A stretch of 53,927 nt of DNA, the filler included, from Jimgerdemannia flammicorona (taxonomy: Eukaryota), in NCBI GenBank assembly GCA_003990765.1. It is 2 parts of 2 records of this genome, joined end to end, with 100 filler letters (N's around TTAATTAATTAA, not from the genome) between each part and the next. Parts side by side here need not be neighbours in the genome. Positions count along the whole stretch, not along the records: positions 27,015 to 53,927 come from RBNJ01000683.1; 1 more part is not named here. One strand, 5' to 3'. The notes below the pieces were generated by a model. The model saw only the letters and a program-made list of their open reading frames with translations. It was not told the DNA's origin and did no database searches. Of this stretch, positions 47,860-53,927 are shown piece by piece. Both the position numbers and the translations under genes were made by a program. Numbering within the stretch: the stretch's first letter is position 1; every line of letters begins with the position of its first letter.

Positions 47860-48276
47860 AAAATCAAGACCAAGAGATTCTATATTATTGTAAAAATTCC
47901 AAACAAAGTATATAAATCTGATACTGGCTACAATCTCTACTCTAATATAGAAGTAACTATTAAACCAGACAGTAAGCAACTATTAGCATAGATATTGGAA
48001 TAGAAGTCTCTAAAAAAAACCTATATCTGTCTTATAAAAAGGAGTAGTCTGGTCAAGAAAGAAAAACTCTATATAGCTAGAGAAGTTATAGATCAAGAAT
48101 TCAAAGGCAAAATCAAGATCCTCCTATATAACATAGAATAGAAGACAGTTGAAATCACATATAGAAAATGAATTATATAAATCATTATTAAGATAATATA
48201 TAATAATCTTGAAGTTAAAGAAATAAATCAACTGTCATTCTTTAATAGAGGAGAAAAAGCCTTCAGATCAATAGAA
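47860..48276 (+). pseudogene. Retroelement-encoded trimeric dUTPase, decayed
   Basis: All five motifs are recognisable in order: SDTGYNLY (I), KRSSL (II), EVIDQEFKGKIKILLYN (III), *II*II (IV, from RIAQ) and NRGEKAFRS (V). Confidence 0.88.
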
Positions 48277-51200
48277 AAGCACTCTGATAAGAAAAGACCA
48301 AGATACAGAAGATTATCTGCATTGAAGAACCTCAAGACTGAGATCAGAAATAGTACTAATATATTACTGATAGATATATCTCTATAGGATGATATCCTTA
48401 TAGAATCAAGATATACTGTTTTGAGTATATAGGAAAATATATTACATATGTCCTTAAATCTAAAATGTACAAGCCAACTATCTCAGAATGATGAGATGAA
48501 GAAATTAAGAACATTAATAATAAAGATAGAAAAATACAAGATTGGGGAAAAGAGACTACTATAGAAATAATTATTATCTAACAAAAAGACAATATAGAAT
48601 ATATCTATCTCTAAGGAAAAATTGAAGGAAACTTTATTGAAGTTCTTATTGATAATAGAGTAAGTAAGTACTATCTTAATAAAAAAAACTACTAACAAAT
48701 TTCACCTTAAAATATAGAGGAACTCAGAAGGAAATATTGCTATATATATTTAGAAATAGAATAATATAAAAGCTTTTCAAAATATACAAAAATATACTTC
48801 TATAACTTAGAAATTATATCACAAGGCAAATCTTCCACATTGTACATCTCTCTGAATATAATCTCATCTTTGGAAAATTCTGGCTCACTCAGGAAAATCC
48901 CTATATCAATTGAAAAACCAATATAATCTCTTTAAGAGATATCAAGTTACAACCTAAGTCTATCAAAAAGAAACCCAAGCCAAGATGTGATATTATCTCT
49001 ACTATTTAGATGAAAAAGCTGATTCAAAAACCAGCTCAGTATATCTATATATATATAGTCAAAAAAACCTTAGAAGAAGAAGATAAAGAACTCTCTAAAC
49101 TCTTGAAGAATAATGATGATGTGAAAGATAACCTCTAAGAACTACTCAAGAAATACAAAGACATCTTTCAAGAATTCCAAGAACTGCTATTTACTCAAGC
49201 AGTAGAATATAGTATTGAAACTATTTCTAGTTTAGACTCTCTCTATTGTGGAATCTATTAACTAGCCCAATCTGAGCTAGAGATCCTCAAGGAATAATTA
49301 GTAGAATTAGCAAGTAAAGGTCTCATCTATTAATCACAATTATTATATAGTATACTAATTCTCTTTGCAAGAAAGAGAGAAATCTCTATATATATATTGA
49401 TTACTGAGCACTTAATAAGATCTCTATTAAGAACTAATATATACTTCTATAAATTGATAAACTACTTGACTAAGTATATAAGACCAAGATCTTCTCTTAT
49501 ATCTAGATATTACCAAATTTACATCAAAGAGAAAGATATCTCTAAGATAGCTTTTTAAACAAAATTTAGATACTATAAATTCTATATAATGCTATTTAGC
49601 CTCACTAATATATCAGTAATCTTTCAAATACTGATGAATGATATTTTTCATAAATATATCAGAGTATTCATTCTGGTCTACCTGGATGATATCTTGGTAT
49701 ATAATATAAGTAGTATTATCTATTAATAATACCTATAAATAGTTTTTGACATACTATATAAATATAAGCTCTTAGCAAAAAGGAAGAAATACTACTTTTT
49801 TAAAAAGAATATCAAATATCTAGGATATATTATTTCAGAAAATAATATTGCTGTTAATCTTAAAAAGATCTAAGCAATCTATAATTAGTCTATTCTGAAG
49901 ACTCTCAAGTCTTTATAAGGATCCAATAGACTAGTAGAATATTATAAAAAATTTATTTAAGGATTCTCTACAATTGTCTCTCTATCTTCAAGCCTTATCA
50001 AAAAGAGAGACCAATGTTAAAAGAGAATAGACAGAAGGATTTTCCACAGCTATAAATACTCTTAAGAGAAACCTGACTGATATACTAATTTTGATCAGTT
50101 CTGATCTAATAGGACTCTTTGTAGTTACTAATACTTCAAATATTACTATTAAAGCTATTCTGACTTAATATAAATACCCTGTTATCTACTTATCTCAGAA
50201 ACTCAATAAATATGAAATGAACTATACTACACAAGACAATCAACTTCTCACTATCATCTGATCTCTATAAGTATAAAGATATTTTCTCCTTAGTAAAATA
50301 TTTACCTTATGAATAGATCATCAAGCTCTCTGATATATTCAGATATAGCTAATTCTTACAAAAAGACAGGCCCAATAGATGCAGATCCTTATACTTTTTG
50401 ATATTGAAATTAAGCATATTGCTGAAATCAAGAATGAAGTAGCTGATATACTCTCCCAAAGTACTCAGAAAGATGACCTTACTATAATTAGCAATATTGT
50501 TACCAGTCTATTTAAAGAAGTCCAGAATGAGTATATTAATACTAATATATAAAAGAAGATAGTAATATTATAAAGAAGATCTATAAAAGTATATCTATCT
50601 AAAATAGATATATATATCTTAATAATATAAGAATCTGGATTCCTAATACTCCTATCTGCTTATATGTAAATCCTACAAGAACTATATGATACACCTATTA
50701 CTAAATATATAAAATTTGACAAGATATACCAGTTCTACTAAAGACTTTTACTAATTCAAAATGATATCTGATATTAAGAATTATATTATATCCTATAATA
50801 TCTACCAAAGATATAAGTCTAGTAATTAGGTACTAGCTGACACACTATAGCTACTACTAATTCTCACCTAAAATTAAAACTATATTAGAATGAACTTTAT
50901 TGTCTGGTTGTTAAAAACTAAGAAAAAAAGAGATGCAATTATTATCTTCATTGATTATCTCAGTAAGCAGGCTAACTTCATTACAATAACTACTACTACA
51001 ATAGAATCAGAAACAGTATAGCTGTTTATTGATAATGTATTCTATCTTCACAAACTACCATTAGTAATTATTTTAGACTAAGATGTAAAATTTATAAGCT
51101 ACTTTTGACAAGTACTCTTCAAGAGTCTAGAAGTGTAACTGAAAATATCTACAGCATACTATCTGCTAACAGATGGTTAGATAGAAAGAACTAATTAAAC

Positions 51201-52556
51201 TCTGAAATAGATACTTAGTTCCATTGTAGCTATAAGCAAAATAATTGGGATAAAAAGCTAACTCAAGCTAAATTTACATATAACAATAGCTTAAGTATAA
51301 ATATTAATATAATGATCTTCTATCTTAACTATAGATAACACTTATGAACTTTTATAGTTATCATCCAAACTACAGTACTAGTAGTATAAAGAATCACTAA
51401 TATTATATAAGGTGATATATATCTAATAAGTATGGGATACTCTTATAGAGGCTCAAAAAATATAAGTAATATATACTAATAAAAATAGAAGAGAAGTCAT
51501 ATATAAAAAAGAAGAATAAGTATTACTCAGTACTTAGTATCTAATTCTGAGTAATATAAACTCTAAAAAGAAGCTTAGACCTTACTATATTGAACTATTT
51601 AAGATTCTTAAAAAATATAAATCTATTATATACAAGTTGGACCTCTCAGTAATACTAGAGAGAATTTACTCAGTATTTCATATATCTAAACTTCAGCTAT
51701 ATACTTTAAACACCTTTGAAGAAAGAACTGTACTATCTCTAGATCTAGTAATTATTGATCAATAACTAGAATGTAAAGTAGACTATATTCTAAATTATAA
51801 GAATTACTGATTTGGATGAACTGTCAAGTCTATCTGATATATACTATCTTGTGAAAGAAAAAGTATATATACCCTGAGTACATATGTAATACTACTTGAG
51901 AAAAAAAAGATAATCTTTTACCAAATACAGAAGAAGTAGTAATCTGATACAGATATTTAGTATAATGAAAATTCTGATGAAATTTTTAAAAGATAGTCAA
52001 TAAATATCTTGAAACAATTCTATATAGATAACTTACCCCCAATATAAGTACTCAGCAATAACACTGGAAACAAACTAAGAATAAGATTACTACTACTACT
52101 CTTATAATTATTGAATACCACTAGAATTTTACTGAATAACCCTCTGTCAACATATGAATCTCTGAAGACTTAGATTCAAATGAAGCCCAACATTATCTTA
52201 GAAGAATTTAATATTTTCAGACTTTCTACTATATACTAATAAGAATTAAAATATACTATAAGATAAGATATCTTATCTATTAATAAGCTACTCCCAGTAC
52301 TACCAAATATTAAGTCTGTCTTTTCATTGATAACTATATCTATATAGTTGTCAAAAGACTTTATATCTTTTCTGTATCTGATCTCAAATTCTTGACCATC
52401 TCTATAGAGTATTTTCTGAGAACATTATTAATCTAAGTAATAAACAATAAAGTAATATTATCTTTCAAATAGTCTAGTATATTACTCTTTAGTTTAATAA
52501 GTATCTAGAGTTTGGTATTGAGTCCAATAAGTAGACTCAGGTAAAGAAGAGAAGAA

Positions 52557-52790
52557 TGTAATGAATTATTACATATCCTTATAAGCTATTGGAAATTCTG
52601 ATAGAAATTTCTATAAAATTTCTATCTAATAGTTATAGTTACTCAGAATAATATAAATATATATAGATATATCCAGTATACTATATTTAGTTATAGCCTC
52701 AAATATATATAAATACTCTCTATACTAAGTATATTATAATCTCAGCTCTACTTTCCTCAAATATAAAAATAAAGTAATATTCTTATCACA
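52557..52790 (+). repeat. 3' LTR (~234 bp) of the Gypsy element
   Basis: Polypurine tract aaagaagagaagaa lies immediately before TGTAATG; the unit ends TTATCACA with AATAAA near 52768. Confidence 0.75.
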
Positions 52791-53153
52791 GAATCCTTAG
52801 ATCTGACTTATTAATAATTCTGAGTCTAATTAACTTGAGATATAAGTATGGTACTTCTAAGAAGTATAAGAACTCAAAAGCAATATCTAGACTCTACTGT
52901 AATAATAATCAGAACTCAGCTCTTTCTCACAAGACTCAAAACTTTGAGCTAATAGTCAGTTTGATTATCTATAATACATTAATTCTATTAGAATATAGTT
53001 TTATTATAAAAAGAATAATCAGTTTAATCAGACTATGTTTTTTAAGTTAAAAATATAAACTTAATTATAAAATTAATAAATAATAAATATTGAAGAGTAT
53101 AAAAAATAAAATAAAATAAAATAAAATAAATAAAAAATATAGTATATACATAT

Positions 53154-53927
53154 TGTGACTTTGGTTATGTATAATGAACTTCGACTACATGGCTCAATAT
53201 GTGCCACTGGTGAAGCACATGATGGATAACTGAATGGGTTGGTGACATTCGTGGGTCATGGATCACGTGATCGGCTCGTTCAATTCATGTGGTAATTGAT
53301 AACAGGTCATTCAGTTGTTCAACAATAGTGGCTCAATTGTTTAGTGGATAAGGGCAGCGAATAACTTGTAATGCTGGCGGAATATGTGGTTGACTGGTGG
53401 TCGATTACAGATATCCATGACAGATGATTAACTGGGAGACAATTTGGTGGGTCGATTCGAAGCAGCGACGGTCTTGGCTTTTAAACAGTTTGTGGCACAG
53501 TAGGTCGGAAATCAGAGAAGCGGAGGTTGACGGCTTGCTCATCCATCTAACTTGTTAACTTGAGGGAGGGGTTTACTGGGGTCCTTGGCAGTTGTTCTTG
53601 CTAGCTGGCGGGTCTTATACTGGTATCCTTGAGTTTCTTGGCTTTTTGGGGTCTTGAATCTCGAATGGCGGTTGAATGGCAGTCTCGAATGGCGGCGGTT
53701 CTTGAATGGCGGCAGTCAGGTAACGTTTTCTTTCCATGGCAAGAGAAAATTCTTTAACTCAAACTTCCGAGTGATCTGTTGCTCTAGGTTGTTATCTTGT
53801 TCTCAGAATTTATCCAGTCTCTTGGGGGCAGTGTGTTTTCTCTGTAAAACTATCTGGCTGAGGCTTTATTCACTCTAAGAATATGGGTTATTTATACAAG
53901 TTTGCTAGCTATGGGGGGGGGGGGGGG
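53154..53927 (-). mobile_element. Possible LTR of another, less-mutated element, running off the window
   Basis: The minus strand has tgtataaata then gagtgaataaa, short gccattc repeats, and ends ...gtcaca; it shares a ~55-nt block with 16849-16902. Confidence 0.45.

Larger units (their letters stand above)
47360..52790 (+). mobile_element. Decayed Ty3/Gypsy chromovirus: gag knuckle, dUTPase, protease, RT, RNase H, integrase, chromodomain, PPT and 3' LTR
   Basis: Knuckle remnant GAYFYYKKRGH..ECP at ~47720; protease VLIDNRVS at ~48642; RT YLDDILVY at ~49679; RNase H TNTSNITIKAIL and NEVADILS; integrase MNFIVWL, STAYYLLTDG*IERTN, KKLRPYYIELFKI; chromodomain-like ECKVDYIL at ~51770. No 5' LTR found. 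Confidence 0.92.

Overview
Eukaryotic genomic DNA, almost certainly fungal (intron-rich genes; probably an early-diverging, repeat-rich lineage, though the taxon cannot be fixed from the sequence). An artificial N-TTAATTAATTAA-N linker at 26915-27014 splits it into two probably non-contiguous parts. Left part: two head-to-tail decayed L1/Tx1-like LINEs (1-8345), an AT-rich nest of hypermutated repeats with hAT-type MITEs and a ~1.2-kb poly(A)-tailed retroposon (8.3-17.1 kb), then a compact gene island with glycyl-tRNA synthetase, Got1, Tdp1 and the 3' end of a WASP-family gene. Right part: a GST interrupted by the same retroposon, a BTB pseudogene, more retroposon and MITE copies, an EVH1-like pseudogene, a secreted protein with ~25 (K/M)KDDYY repeats, a type I membrane Kelch protein, and a heavily mutated Ty3/Gypsy chromovirus carrying a dUTPase. 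The most interesting items are the Kex2-site KKDDYY repeat precursor, the dUTPase chromovirus, the four-copy fixed-length retroposon, RIP-like transition mutation of repeats, and two possible routes to a mitochondrial GlyRS isoform. All gene models and alignments were read by eye; no searches were run.
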